Part shown: in pieces, positions 19,988-29,675 of the stretch
Layout of the letters: the number at the start of each line of letters is the position of its first letter
How positions within the stretch are numbered: position 1 is the stretch's first letter
IMG/VR virus record: IMGVR_UViG_3300019886_000004
Location: 83,917 to 147,916 of that record
Length of the DNA stretch: 64,000 bases
Direction: 5' to 3' (one strand)
From: a virus
Program-made: the position numbers and the translations under genes
Notes under the pieces: model-generated
The model's input: only the letters and a program-made list of their open reading frames with translations
The model's database searches: none
Told to the model about the DNA's origin: nothing

Positions 19988-20725
19988 TTAATCTTTTAAT
20001 ATAAAAAAATTATCAGATTTTGAAAGACAATCTGTAAAGATAACAGTAGGACCTCCTTTATGTTGATATATTTCTATATCATTTACTTGATTATGACCCA
20101 CAATATGATTAAACCTGTGTACACAACCGTCTTTCTTTATTTCAGATGTATCAGCCCACATAATTCCTCCAATAGATCCCGCTACACCTCCTCTTATTGT
20201 AGGCACTGTATTTAATATCCATTCATCATGTGAGTCGTTAATTGCATTGAGTAATACATCAAGGTTATTTCTTTTATCTATACCCAGCTTTTCTTCATAG
20301 TATGATAATCTATCATTATATCTGTACAACCAATCAGATAGAATACCGGCATGCGTACACATATAATTACCATTTAACCATGCTACCTGAAACATTTCTC
20401 TATTATCTCTGAACAGTTTATATAAATCTGGCTGCAGTTCTGCTCTAAATCCACTACAACGATAAGCTGGAGAATGTATATATTGTTGGTCATGATTTCC
20501 TAATAAGCAAATAACTTTATTAGGATTTTTCTTTTTATAACTTATAACTTGTTCCAGTAGATATTTAATTTCAATATTCGTACAATTAAAAGAATCCACA
20601 TAGTCTCCCATGAAAACTATTTTATCCAATTTATCTCTTTCAAACATCTCAATGGCCCTTTCAAAATGGTATATTCTCCCATGTAAATCTCCTACATGTA
20701 GAGCACTAAACTGAAGATTCTTCAT
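19988..20725 (-). CDS. Calcineurin-like metallophosphoesterase
   Basis: GDLHG, GDYVD, GNHD, HAG, GHN. Confidence 0.9.
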   Translation of the reverse strand: MKNLQFSALHVGDLHGRIYHFERAIEMFERDKLDKIVFMGDYVDSFNCTNIEIKYLLEQVISYKKKNPNKVICLLGNHDQQYIHSPAYRCSGFRAELQPDLYKLFRDNREMFQVAWLNGNYMCTHAGILSDWLYRYNDRLSYYEEKLGIDKRNNLDVLLNAINDSHDEWILNTVPTIRGGVAGSIGGIMWADTSEIKKDGCVHRFNHIVGHNQVNDIEIYQHKGGPTVIFTDCLSKSDNFFILKD

Positions 20726-21068
20726 AATATTCTATTATATTACTTTCCGGTATTTCTTCTGCACTTTCCTGATTTGCCATCCTTCTTTCTATTTCTTTTT
20801 CATAAAGAGTTATTATTGAGTTAACATCTTCTAAATCAATAATTACATTTCCTAGCTTAAAATAGTTAGGTAAAGAATGATAGAGTAATGTTATAATAGT
20901 TATTGTTTCCATTCTACAACCTTCTTCTAATCCTTCATGGTTAGAGATAGTTACTTGATCATCATACATATAAGAGATCTTGGAATTAGTCCTTTTTGCT
21001 ACATATCTCGCTATTTCTTCTACTTTCTTTTTTTCATTATATGATAAATGTAGTCTTTTTGTATGCAT
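20706..21068 (-). CDS. Hypothetical protein
   Basis: 120 aa ORF. Confidence 0.5.
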   Translation of the reverse strand: MHTKRLHLSYNEKKKVEEIARYVAKRTNSKISYMYDDQVTISNHEGLEEGCRMETITIITLLYHSLPNYFKLGNVIIDLEDVNSIITLYEKEIERRMANQESAEEIPESNIIEYYEESSV

Positions 21069-21069
21069 G

Positions 21070-21704
21070 CTATTTGTTTTTATTTATATCTATTACCGAA
21101 TCACCTACTCCACCAGTAATAGGTATCTTTTCTAATTCTAATATAATCTCCCCTATAGAATAAGGATAAGAAAGTGTTCCTCCTTTATCTATTCCAACAT
21201 CTATTTTTCTACCAGGTCCAATTCTGCTTGAATGTTGATGTCCAAATAAATGAAACCATCCTTTAAATGTACCCATCCAACTCTCTAATGGATAGTGATC
21301 CAATATGAAATTATAGTTACCATATTCCAAATGAGTTCTATCACTGACAGATGTGAAGATGGATTGTATATTCTCCTTATTACTTTCAATATGATGGTCG
21401 TGATTTCCTAAAAGCAAATGTATGGTTTGACAATATATTTGATCTCTAAATCTTTTTATATTTTCAAAACCACCAAAACTCCAGTCTCCTAAATGAAACA
21501 ATATGTCATTCCACCGGACAAAATTGTTAATCCTTTTTACCAAATCTTGATCGTGTTCTTCCAATGATTTGTAGTCTCTACATATACTTTTATCCTTCCA
21601 TTTAGAGCATGATCTAACTATATTTGAATGACTAAAATGTGTTAAGTGTCCGCAAGAAACCAAATGTTATGATCATCTTGCGGACTTAATTTTATGTGTT
21701 TCAT
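21070..21704 (-). CDS. Metallophosphoesterase interrupted by a 5-nt gap (recoded gene or pseudogene)
   Basis: ATG 21704 gives MKHIKLSPQDDHNIWFLADT-stop; another frame continues HFSHSNIV..HLGD..GNHD..HYP..FGHQH; skipping 21644-21640 restores the DTH motif. Confidence 0.75.
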
Positions 21705-22162
21705 TAGAATTTTATATTTTTATTTCCAAGTTTTGTCCGTAAAGAAGGTAAGTTTCTGTCCCTCAAACTTGAAGAGAAATATACTTCCCTTCTAACAGTA
21801 ATACAATAATGACTTCCTATAACTCTATGATTTATCTTTAAATCTTCAACTATTTTATATAATTCCTCATAGCTTATATTAGGTTTATAATTAACTACTA
21901 TATTAAATAAGTCTTGTATACTTCTTGCTCTACCAGAAATGCATTGAGTTTTTACTTTAGTATTACTTAATAAATATGCACTTCCTGTATTTTTAATTAA
22001 TAACTCATATATGACCTCAGCTAGATCTTTAGGTGGAACACTTATCTTTATTATATTTTTATAAGTATCAACACTAAAGTTTGGTTTTATATCTGCTAGG
22101 ACTATAGGATATTTTCTATTTCTTAATTTCTTTTCTATACTTTTGAAACTAGGAGCTGCCAT
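21704..22162 (-). CDS. Hypothetical protein
   Basis: 152 aa ORF. Confidence 0.5.
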   Translation of the reverse strand: MAAPSFKSIEKKLRNRKYPIVLADIKPNFSVDTYKNIIKISVPPKDLAEVIYELLIKNTGSAYLLSNTKVKTQCISGRARSIQDLFNIVVNYKPNISYEELYKIVEDLKINHRVIGSHYCITVRREVYFSSSLRDRNLPSLRTKLGNKNIKF

Positions 22163-22527
22163 TTTTTAAGTTTTTTATATTCTTTATACAAAAGATCAAT
22201 TATATGTTTACCTTCAGTAGTAGCAAAAAACAACATTTCTCCACCTGTTTGAAACTGACCATGTAAATCATGGTGTTTTATGAGTTCATCCTCTCTTGTA
22301 TAACGATCTAATTTTTCCAATATTACTCTTGGTAATTCTGTCACACAGAGTTCAAACCAATGAAATTCTGTCGGATCTGGTAAATTATCTGGTAAATTAT
22401 CAAACCAAACCTCATGTGTTCCATACCTTGTAGTAAATTTAATGTTACAATATTCGGGAAATGAATCTTTACACATTTCCAACATTTTATCTACTTGTTC
22501 TCTAGTAATTGAAATATGTTTGTTCAC
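22135..22527 (-). CDS. Hypothetical protein
   Basis: 130 aa ORF. Confidence 0.5.
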   Translation of the reverse strand: MNKHISITREQVDKMLEMCKDSFPEYCNIKFTTRYGTHEVWFDNLPDNLPDPTEFHWFELCVTELPRVILEKLDRYTREDELIKHHDLHGQFQTGGEMLFFATTEGKHIIDLLYKEYKKLKKWQLLVSKV

Positions 22528-22530
22528 AAT

Positions 22531-22746
22531 TTAGATTTTAATGTAATAAAAAATAGACCAAATAGAAAATGTAAATAATAGAAGTAACGATACAAGTAAT
22601 GCAATTGAAAAGAAATTATTTATTGTCTTATCTGTCCCTTCTATATTACCTTCATTATTTGCATGAACTATTAAGCAAATCAATGTTAATACTAAGGAAA
22701 GTAATCCAGCTTTAAACGGGGTAATAAAAAAAAGTAATGTTATCAT
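22531..22746 (-). CDS. Small two-TM membrane protein
   Basis: Two hydrophobic stretches. Confidence 0.5.
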   Translation of the reverse strand: MITLLFFITPFKAGLLSLVLTLICLIVHANNEGNIEGTDKTINNFFSIALLVSLLLLFTFSIWSIFYYIKI

Positions 22747-23237
22747 ATTAGTACGAAGTGTTTTAAAGTATTACTTGAATTATGATTTATGAACTCACCT
22801 ACTTCTACAAAACCTACTTTCAATGCAGCCTCTATAAATAAGGTATAGTTATTCGAATGTCCTTCAACATTTACAGGAACAGTAAAAGTTAATCCATACT
22901 TAGTATCTGCAATTGGTGTGTCATCTTCAAATGTAAATTGCTTAATTACCTGTCTTAACATTTTTGTTACTAAATCTCTAATTAAATTATCTGGTAATAG
23001 GTCACCATTCGAAAGTAGAATTATATCACCTATTTCTTTCATACCACAGCAAAATGCATATGTTTTATATTTAAATGACACATAATCACTTCCTCCTATC
23101 CACGTTATAGTAGTTTTTGTCTCTTCTTCTCCCATGCTACTAGTTACAATTGGATTTACCTTATCGTTATGTGTCAAATATTCTTTTATTTTTGTTTCCG
23201 TCAGCTTTTTTACTGGCACTTTTACTTTTTTTTCCAT
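22743..23237 (-). CDS. GNAT-like protein of the CCG paralogue family
   Basis: FCCGMKEIGD, GFVEVGEFINHNSSN. Confidence 0.5.
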   Translation of the reverse strand: MEKKVKVPVKKLTETKIKEYLTHNDKVNPIVTSSMGEEETKTTITWIGGSDYVSFKYKTYAFCCGMKEIGDIILLSNGDLLPDNLIRDLVTKMLRQVIKQFTFEDDTPIADTKYGLTFTVPVNVEGHSNNYTLFIEAALKVGFVEVGEFINHNSSNTLKHFVLI

Positions 23238-23244
23238 ATTAATT

Positions 23245-24279
23245 TTATTTAAAAGAATTTATTAATTGTCTCCTTAGTAGATTTACTTTAAGTAAGTCAT
23301 ACTTTCTTTTAACATACTCATGTAATCTCTCCCCGTCATCTAAAACTAAATTCATATTCTCCATTAGTGTTCTTGCCTTTGCAAACCAATCGCTTGGTTT
23401 ATCGCAGAAATATATTCCACTATTTTCCATTTCTTCATCTTCTAGATATGGAAATAATCTACTTGCCATTACAGGAGTTTTCATACAACCAGCTTCAATT
23501 ATCTTTAAGTTTGACTTAAAGTAATTAAACTGATTATGTTCCAGTGGAGCAAGAGCTACATCAGTGTAATTATAATGTTCCATATATCTATTTAGAGATA
23601 ATGCATCTCTAGTAGAATAACTTGGACTAATCTTCATCACATCATTCATTTCATGAAGAGCTTTCTCCTTATAGTTACTATTAAAACCTGCTAATATAAA
23701 CTTAGTCTTTATTTTAAAGTTTACATTCATATTAACCATAGTGAAAAAATCTTTTATAGACTCTAAGTCATATTGATGACTTGGTCCTCCAGAATACATA
23801 AATCTAAGTCGGCTTGCCTCCGTTTTCTCTGATTTAAACTGTTCATGACCAATTGGTAATGCGTTTGGTATAACTATACACTTTTTATTAATATCGCTTA
23901 CCCTTCTAAATAATCTCTGGTTAGTTACTGTAACTATATCTGCATTGGTAATAGATTTTAAAATAAGATCTGCTATTTTATTTTTAGTCCAAGTCTCATA
24001 AAGATAATGATGTTCATATAGCTCCCAAATATCATCTATATCTACCCACATTTTAAATCCATACCTTTTCTTCATTTCCAGTAGAATATCTAAATCTACA
24101 GTTGGATGTCGATTAAAAATAACAAGATCTGTATTCTTAAACTCACCAGTAGTATATTGCTCATCATCAGTTTTATACTCTATGTGTTCACCAGACTCTA
24201 GTGGTAGATAACGAAAAGGGTTGTAAATCCTATGATAATCACTTGCGCTTTTAGGTCGGTGAAGTAATAGAATGTTCAT
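23245..24279 (-). CDS. Glycosyltransferase (GT-B fold)
   Basis: YHRIYNP, DIDD, IPNAL, SGGPSH..DL, APLEHNQFNYFKSNLKIIEAG. Confidence 0.8.
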   Translation of the reverse strand: MNILLLHRPKSASDYHRIYNPFRYLPLESGEHIEYKTDDEQYTTGEFKNTDLVIFNRHPTVDLDILLEMKKRYGFKMWVDIDDIWELYEHHYLYETWTKNKIADLILKSITNADIVTVTNQRLFRRVSDINKKCIVIPNALPIGHEQFKSEKTEASRLRFMYSGGPSHQYDLESIKDFFTMVNMNVNFKIKTKFILAGFNSNYKEKALHEMNDVMKISPSYSTRDALSLNRYMEHYNYTDVALAPLEHNQFNYFKSNLKIIEAGCMKTPVMASRLFPYLEDEEMENSGIYFCDKPSDWFAKARTLMENMNLVLDDGERLHEYVKRKYDLLKVNLLRRQLINSFK

Positions 24280-24458
24280 TAATTTGGTTTTATTTTAGTT
24301 AAAGGTACACAATACGAATCTTGCATATTTCTTTCACCTTCTTCATATATTACACATCTACCTTCTGTTTTGGAAAAATATCCAAAATCATACGTTTTAT
24401 TCTCTGGAATATAAATAATCTTATCTCCAGGTTTATAATTTAATAAGTTTAATTCCAT
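24279..24458 (-). CDS. Small hypothetical protein (59 aa, not in the ORF track)
   Basis: MELNLLNYKPGDKIIYIPE...; its stop overlaps the next ATG. Confidence 0.5.
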   Translation of the reverse strand: MELNLLNYKPGDKIIYIPENKTYDFGYFSKTEGRCVIYEEGERNMQDSYCVPLTKIKPN

Positions 24459-24468
24459 TAATTAAATT

Positions 24469-25005
24469 TTATAAGTTTATTACTGATAAGTAAACTCTAT
24501 TGTTCGTTCTTTTATTAATTACATTATATATGTCTTTCCATCCGTTTGTAGCTAGAAGTTTGCGCTGGTGTTCATTCTTATCCACATCTGTGCATAAAAG
24601 TAAAGAATACCCAAGTGCCCTTCCAATGTCCTGTCTTAGTGTATTTAAAGTAGTGGCTATTCTTTTATTCCTAAATTCTGTATCTACAAATGACTTACAA
24701 GAAACAAGTATGGCACAACAATGTGGCATTCTATAAAGTTCAAATGAAGAAACAAACCTATCCCTACAGCAAAGTATGTAATTACCTTCAGACCAATCAT
24801 TTAACTCTTGTTTTTTATTCTCATCAAAAATAGGTATAATTCCGGTAATCTTCTTTTCAAATTTACATAATCTCTCATAAAGACCAGTAGTAATGTGTGT
24901 ACTATAAGGAATTTTTGTTATGAAGAAAGATATATCTTCTGGTTTTACATTTAGTAACCCGGCAATTAATTTACAATATTTATCTAATATTTCTTTTGTT
25001 TTCAT
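24469..25005 (-). CDS. GNAT-like protein of the CCG paralogue family
   Basis: PHCCAIL, VDTEFRNKRIAT, LLATNGW, INKRTNN. Confidence 0.6.
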   Translation of the reverse strand: MKTKEILDKYCKLIAGLLNVKPEDISFFITKIPYSTHITTGLYERLCKFEKKITGIIPIFDENKKQELNDWSEGNYILCCRDRFVSSFELYRMPHCCAILVSCKSFVDTEFRNKRIATTLNTLRQDIGRALGYSLLLCTDVDKNEHQRKLLATNGWKDIYNVINKRTNNRVYLSVINL

Positions 25006-25014
25006 GAAAATAAA

Positions 25015-25046
25015 TTTGTTTATATTAAAAATTAGTTGTATCTTTG
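25015..25046 (+). promoter_or_regulatory. Bacteroidota sigma70-type promoter pointing into a non-coding region
   Basis: TTTG-N20-TATCTTTG. Confidence 0.75.
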
Positions 25047-25049
25047 TTT

Positions 25050-25450
25050 ATGGTTTTTAATATGTTTCTATCCAGTTGCTTTTAGTTTGGCAATAAATAA
25101 AAAGATAAGATTAAGATAGACAGCCACCTGATTAGACGAAACTTGGTCGGGATGGAGTAATTCAAAGGTAGGGTAATACCAGTGTTAGCAACGTCTGCAC
25201 AGCTTGACGACTAATGACCTCAGATCAAACTTAAAAATTTGACTTTACCTTCATCGTTAGGTCTAACAACCTATATCTTTAAGATGGATGCGATGAGTTT
25301 ACTTAATCAGTTACAGAAAAAACTAATTTACTTAATTCTGTAACAATATAAACTTCTTTAGCTACTATTTTTTCTACGGTGGTAGCTATTCTGAGGGATG
25401 TAGAAGCTGTACTATGTTAGCTACCCAAAAGGTAGCTTTCATAGTTTTTA
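25050..25450 (+). ncRNA. Candidate ~400-nt structured ncRNA
   Basis: Own promoter, no ORF of 60 aa or more, several helices with G-U pairs on the + strand, terminal hairpin followed by a U-tract. Confidence 0.55.
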
Positions 25451-25522
25451 CGAATTACCTAAAAGTTTTTTTATACTTAGTTAATTCCATATCAGTGTTC
25501 TCCATACTTATTGATGAAGTTT

Positions 25523-25741
25523 CTATTGCTTCATTATTATTGTACCTTTAAATAATCTAGTTGTCTTTTTACTCCAAGTTTCTATCTTAGAAAGCCCAAA
25601 ATTAAAGACGTGATGTGACTCATTATATTTAATAGGATTGGTGGTAACATGTCCAATTCTAGCATTATCAATTACTAAAGATCCTGATTCTATAAACTCC
25701 TGATTTTGTTCTTCTAGTTCTATTTTAAGTACTGGTTTCAT
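25523..25741 (-). CDS. Hypothetical protein
   Basis: 72 aa ORF. Confidence 0.45.
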   Translation of the reverse strand: MKPVLKIELEEQNQEFIESGSLVIDNARIGHVTTNPIKYNESHHVFNFGLSKIETWSKKTTRLFKGTIIMKQ

Positions 25742-25750
25742 AAAGATTTA

Positions 25751-25782
25751 TTTGTTTATTTGAGTTAATTTTTGTATATTAA
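25751..25782 (+). promoter_or_regulatory. Variant promoter at the start of the + strand block
   Basis: TTTG-N20-TATATTAA, with ATG after a 3-nt gap. Confidence 0.55.
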
Positions 25783-25785
25783 GAT

Positions 25786-25887
25786 ATGAAAAAGATAACT
25801 AATAGTTGTGGCGGTTCTGGTTGTTCAGTCCCAGCTCACGAGCAAATCCTTCCAAAAGGTGTTATAGTTGTGAAACCTCTAAAATAA
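25786..25887 (+). CDS. 33-aa Cys-containing peptide
   Basis: MKKITNSCGGSGCSVPAHEQILPKGVIVVKPLK directly behind a promoter. Confidence 0.4.
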   Translation: MKKITNSCGGSGCSVPAHEQILPKGVIVVKPLK

Positions 25888-25931
25888 CTAAAAGATTTTT
25901 CGCAATATAACACTAAATCAGATCATTTAAA

Positions 25932-25963
25932 TTTGTTTAGATGATCTTTTTTATTTATATTAT
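25932..25963 (+). promoter_or_regulatory. Variant promoter for the fibre/lysis operon
   Basis: TTTG-N20-TATATTAT. Confidence 0.55.
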
Positions 25964-26033
25964 AATACAGGAGCAAATGCCTGTTTAAAAAAATAAAAGC
26001 TTGTTCTTTCAGCTATAAGATAGATCCCAAAAT

Positions 26034-26288
26034 ATGAGAACTTCATACTACATTCAGTCCGGTTTTATCGTTAAACGTAATGATACGAAAAATGATACTT
26101 ACGGACTTTTTAGTTTAACAAAGTGGTTTAAGAAAATGCTTACTGCTTTTCATGTAGCATTTAATGATGATTGTTGTGATGCAACTGCTGATCCCACTAA
26201 TGCACCTGTTAGATTCAATGCAACAGCGGGACATCTGCAGTACTACAATTACGTAAATAACACGTGGACTAACGTACCTAGCCTCTAA
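26034..26288 (+). CDS. Small putative virion protein
   Basis: DDCCD and fibre-like RFNATAGHLQYY...W segment. Confidence 0.5.
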   Translation: MRTSYYIQSGFIVKRNDTKNDTYGLFSLTKWFKKMLTAFHVAFNDDCCDATADPTNAPVRFNATAGHLQYYNYVNNTWTNVPSL

Positions 26289-26297
26289 ATCTAATTA

Positions 26298-27848
26298 ATG
26301 TCTACTAATTGTTCACCTATACAGAGTTGTATACCACAAGGTATTGTTAGTGACCCTTTATGTACTAGTCAAGCTTTATCGCTTGATTGTGACACAGGAG
26401 TACTTTCTCTTTCCAGTGCAAATTCTATTAACTTAGATTGTGCTGTTAAACTATTGGAGACAAAAACTATACTTAGTTCGGTAACACTCACTGGCACAAT
26501 ACTTCAAATAATTTATTTAGGAGAAGATAGTGTTCCACAAGCAAAAAACGTAGATTTAAGTTCAATAGCTGGCACAGGAGGTAATATTGGTGTTCAGAAT
26601 AGTAACTCTATTCTTTTACACAATGGTAATAATACCTTAACTGCTACTTTAAACATTGATCCTGCTTCTAGTCTTCCAATAAGTTCTAGTCCATCTGGTG
26701 TTTTATTCGGTTGTTGCCCGGAGACTGTTAATATTACTAATAATACTAACACAATTCAATTGGCAGCTACAGGTTCTGTAGGTCATATATTTACCGCTAA
26801 TTTGAAGTATCAAAGTTCTGGTACCATACTACTATCCGATAGCTCAAATGGTCTTAGCGCAGCTGTAAAGTACTCTACAGATGCTAATAACGCTGTAGTA
26901 AGTGGTACAGATGGTGGAGTATATGTTGCATCTGCATCTTCTCAGTTAGCAAATCTTTCCAATAACGGATTTGTAACAACCGGATCTGCTGGTACCCTTT
27001 TAGTTGGATCAGATTCTAAATTATATAGAATACCAGATCCTATTGCTGAAAGTCAAATAATTGGCAATAATACCAATACTGTTGCTTTAACAGTAAATGG
27101 ACCCAATAATCACACAATTCAAGCTGGTGTTAGATATACTAATACTAATAGCGCTTTAATAAGTGAAACAGGCAGTGGTCTACAAGTAGATGTTAAATTA
27201 GATACTGTCACTCCTGGCAATGTTGGTTTTACTGAAACAATCAATGGTTTGGTTGGAAACATAACCGAAAGTTCGATACTTGGAGTTCAAAATTCAGTAG
27301 CTACTGTTCAGAATCCAATAACCAAGATATATGGTAATTTAAATAACGGTGCTGGTGGTTATGCTGTAGGTTTCCTAAGTCAATATGGATTGAAGACACC
27401 TAATTTCACAACTACACAAAGATTTGCCATACCAAGTACTGACTTGTATGACAGTCTTTTAGTATTTGATACTACTCTTAGACAATATTATTGGTATGAT
27501 GCTGTAACACCTGCTTGGATTCAAATTGGAGCAACTACGAGTCCTACTACACCAACTATTTACACGTGGTCTAATGCTGCAAATACTGGAAATTACACTA
27601 TAAATGCAGCTAATGCTATAAGACTTTCTGATTTAACAGGTCAAGCAAATAGAAATATAGTATTACCGGCATCTCCTACTACTATACAACAGTTGCTTAT
27701 AATAAAAAATGTTAATTCAAGTGGTTTCAATTGGACATTTACAGGAACCACTGTGTTTGATATGAGCGATAGTGCGGTAACAACGTTATCAAATAACACC
27801 ACATACCAACTATCTTGGGATGGTGTAGCATATAATATAATAAATTAA
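26298..27848 (+). CDS. Tail fibre/spike-like structural protein
   Basis: S/T/N/G-rich beta repeats; paralogous to 29675-31036 (KNVDLS motif). Confidence 0.65.
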   Translation: MSTNCSPIQSCIPQGIVSDPLCTSQALSLDCDTGVLSLSSANSINLDCAVKLLETKTILSSVTLTGTILQIIYLGEDSVPQAKNVDLSSIAGTGGNIGVQNSNSILLHNGNNTLTATLNIDPASSLPISSSPSGVLFGCCPETVNITNNTNTIQLAATGSVGHIFTANLKYQSSGTILLSDSSNGLSAAVKYSTDANNAVVSGTDGGVYVASASSQLANLSNNGFVTTGSAGTLLVGSDSKLYRIPDPIAESQIIGNNTNTVALTVNGPNNHTIQAGVRYTNTNSALISETGSGLQVDVKLDTVTPGNVGFTETINGLVGNITESSILGVQNSVATVQNPITKIYGNLNNGAGGYAVGFLSQYGLKTPNFTTTQRFAIPSTDLYDSLLVFDTTLRQYYWYDAVTPAWIQIGATTSPTTPTIYTWSNAANTGNYTINAANAIRLSDLTGQANRNIVLPASPTTIQQLLIIKNVNSSGFNWTFTGTTVFDMSDSAVTTLSNNTTYQLSWDGVAYNIIN

Positions 27849-29482
27849 TGAATAAACTATACTTATTTCTACTTTTTTTAATCTTTTCCTTTAGTGTAAA
27901 TGCTCAAGTAGGAAGAGATTTCTCTAATAGTATTAGTTTTTCTAGATGGGCTAAAGTTGGAGATGGTACCACAGATTACACAGGTGCATGGAATACTGCT
28001 ATTAATTATATTATTTCTCATGATAAAGTTCTTGAGATACCAGAAGGAACTTATAATCTGGCTGGAATTTCAGATTTAGCTGGTATTTTTGGTAATCCGG
28101 GTAGATTAAGAATACATGGTAGAGGACCATCCTCTATTTTGCTTGTTCCAGCTAAGACTTCTGCTCTTATAAATATTGCCAGCTCAGCTATTACAGCACT
28201 GGAAATAGATGGAATATACTTTAAAAGTACGCATGATACCACTAATGTTGGTAATGTTGCTTTATTGCTTCAAGGTACAGCTCCTAATTTAATAACCAAT
28301 GTAAAAATAGCAAATTGCATATTTGAAGGTTTTACAACGGCTATCATTGGTAAAGGAGTTAGAGGTTTAGAAATATGTCATAATACATTCAAATCTCCTA
28401 CTGGACATGACAATGCAACAACTACATCTAATCCAGCTATATTTATCCTTGCTGTGGACAACAATGCAACAGATTTAAATAAAAATTGGAATATTCATGA
28501 TAATTTCGTAGATGGTTATTCTGGAACGCTGTCCATTACTACTACTAAGACAGGTGGTCCAATGGATGGATTCTTCTATGGACATGTAAGTGGATTAAAT
28601 ATTAACAATAATACAGTTCTAAATACAGGTCAAGAAGCAATTTATCCAAAAGTTAACATTTCTATAATTGATTCTGGTGTAACTTCTATAAAAAATAATA
28701 TTATTTATTCATACATACCAACCGGAAGTAAGGATATGAACGGAGTGCTTATGAGATCTAATTACGCTATAAGAGCTGAGTCTCAACACTTATTAATAGA
28801 AGGTAATACCATACTAGGTGCAACAATCGGAATATGGTCTGATGCAACAAATGATGTCTTTCAATGCCGCGATTTAACAATAAAGGACAATCATATATTT
28901 TTTATAAGAGACACTACAAAAAGAGTACAGTATGGAACATATATTAGAGGAAATGCAAATGGATTTCGTTTTAAAAATGTTATAGTTAAAGGTAACATTT
29001 CTATTCTTGATAGTAGTTTTATATATAGTACATTTAGAAATATTGCATTAACATACGTAGATAGTGCTCAGGTTGAAGGCAATTCATTGAGTATTGTGAG
29101 GTTAACAAAATCAGGAGGAGGTACTCAAGGCATCTCTCTTTTATCTTCAGATAGTGCTTATATTGGAGTAAATATAATGAGAGGAGTAGATACTACCATA
29201 AACTCAGTTTCTTCTAGTTATGTAAATATACCTGTTGTAAGCGGAAGTGGAGGACCACCAACAGGATCTGCGGGTGGACGTCTTACTGGTACTTATCCAA
29301 ATCCATCTCTTGCTAATACAGCGGTAACTCCTGGAAGTTACACTAATGCAAATATAACGGTAGCACCAGATGGAACTATAAGCTCGGCAACTAATGGAAC
29401 TGGAGGAGGTGGACTACTTTCAACATCAGCTGGTCAGCAGTGGCACCTAACATTTGATTCTGGAACTACAACGTGGTATTAA
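27848..29482 (+). CDS. Pectate-lyase-like beta-helix protein with signal peptide
   Basis: Leader ending VNA-Q; [17 protein letters not shown]; beta-helix repeats; C-terminal [13 protein letters not shown] / [13 protein letters not shown] fibre motifs. Confidence 0.7.
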   Translation: MNKLYLFLLFLIFSFSVNAQVGRDFSNSISFSRWAKVGDGTTDYTGAWNTAINYIISHDKVLEIPEGTYNLAGISDLAGIFGNPGRLRIHGRGPSSILLVPAKTSALINIASSAITALEIDGIYFKSTHDTTNVGNVALLLQGTAPNLITNVKIANCIFEGFTTAIIGKGVRGLEICHNTFKSPTGHDNATTTSNPAIFILAVDNNATDLNKNWNIHDNFVDGYSGTLSITTTKTGGPMDGFFYGHVSGLNINNNTVLNTGQEAIYPKVNISIIDSGVTSIKNNIIYSYIPTGSKDMNGVLMRSNYAIRAESQHLLIEGNTILGATIGIWSDATNDVFQCRDLTIKDNHIFFIRDTTKRVQYGTYIRGNANGFRFKNVIVKGNISILDSSFIYSTFRNIALTYVDSAQVEGNSLSIVRLTKSGGGTQGISLLSSDSAYIGVNIMRGVDTTINSVSSSYVNIPVVSGSGGPPTGSAGGRLTGTYPNPSLANTAVTPGSYTNANITVAPDGTISSATNGTGGGGLLSTSAGQQWHLTFDSGTTTWY

Positions 29483-29492
29483 AATATAAGAA

Positions 29493-29675
29493 ATGGCAGA
29501 TCATCGTTCTATTTTATTGTGGCTCGGATCTAGTTTTACAACAGTAATTGGACTTATAACAGTGAATGATTTAGCAATTATGGTTGGTATAGCTGCAGGA
29601 ATAGGTAGTTTAATATCAAGTGGAGTAAATATATACTTCAAATTTAAAAATAAAGGTAAAAAAGATATACAATAA
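29493..29675 (+). CDS. Small membrane protein, holin-like
   Basis: Hydrophobic core and basic C-terminal tail. Confidence 0.45.
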   Translation: MADHRSILLWLGSSFTTVIGLITVNDLAIMVGIAAGIGSLISSGVNIYFKFKNKGKKDIQ

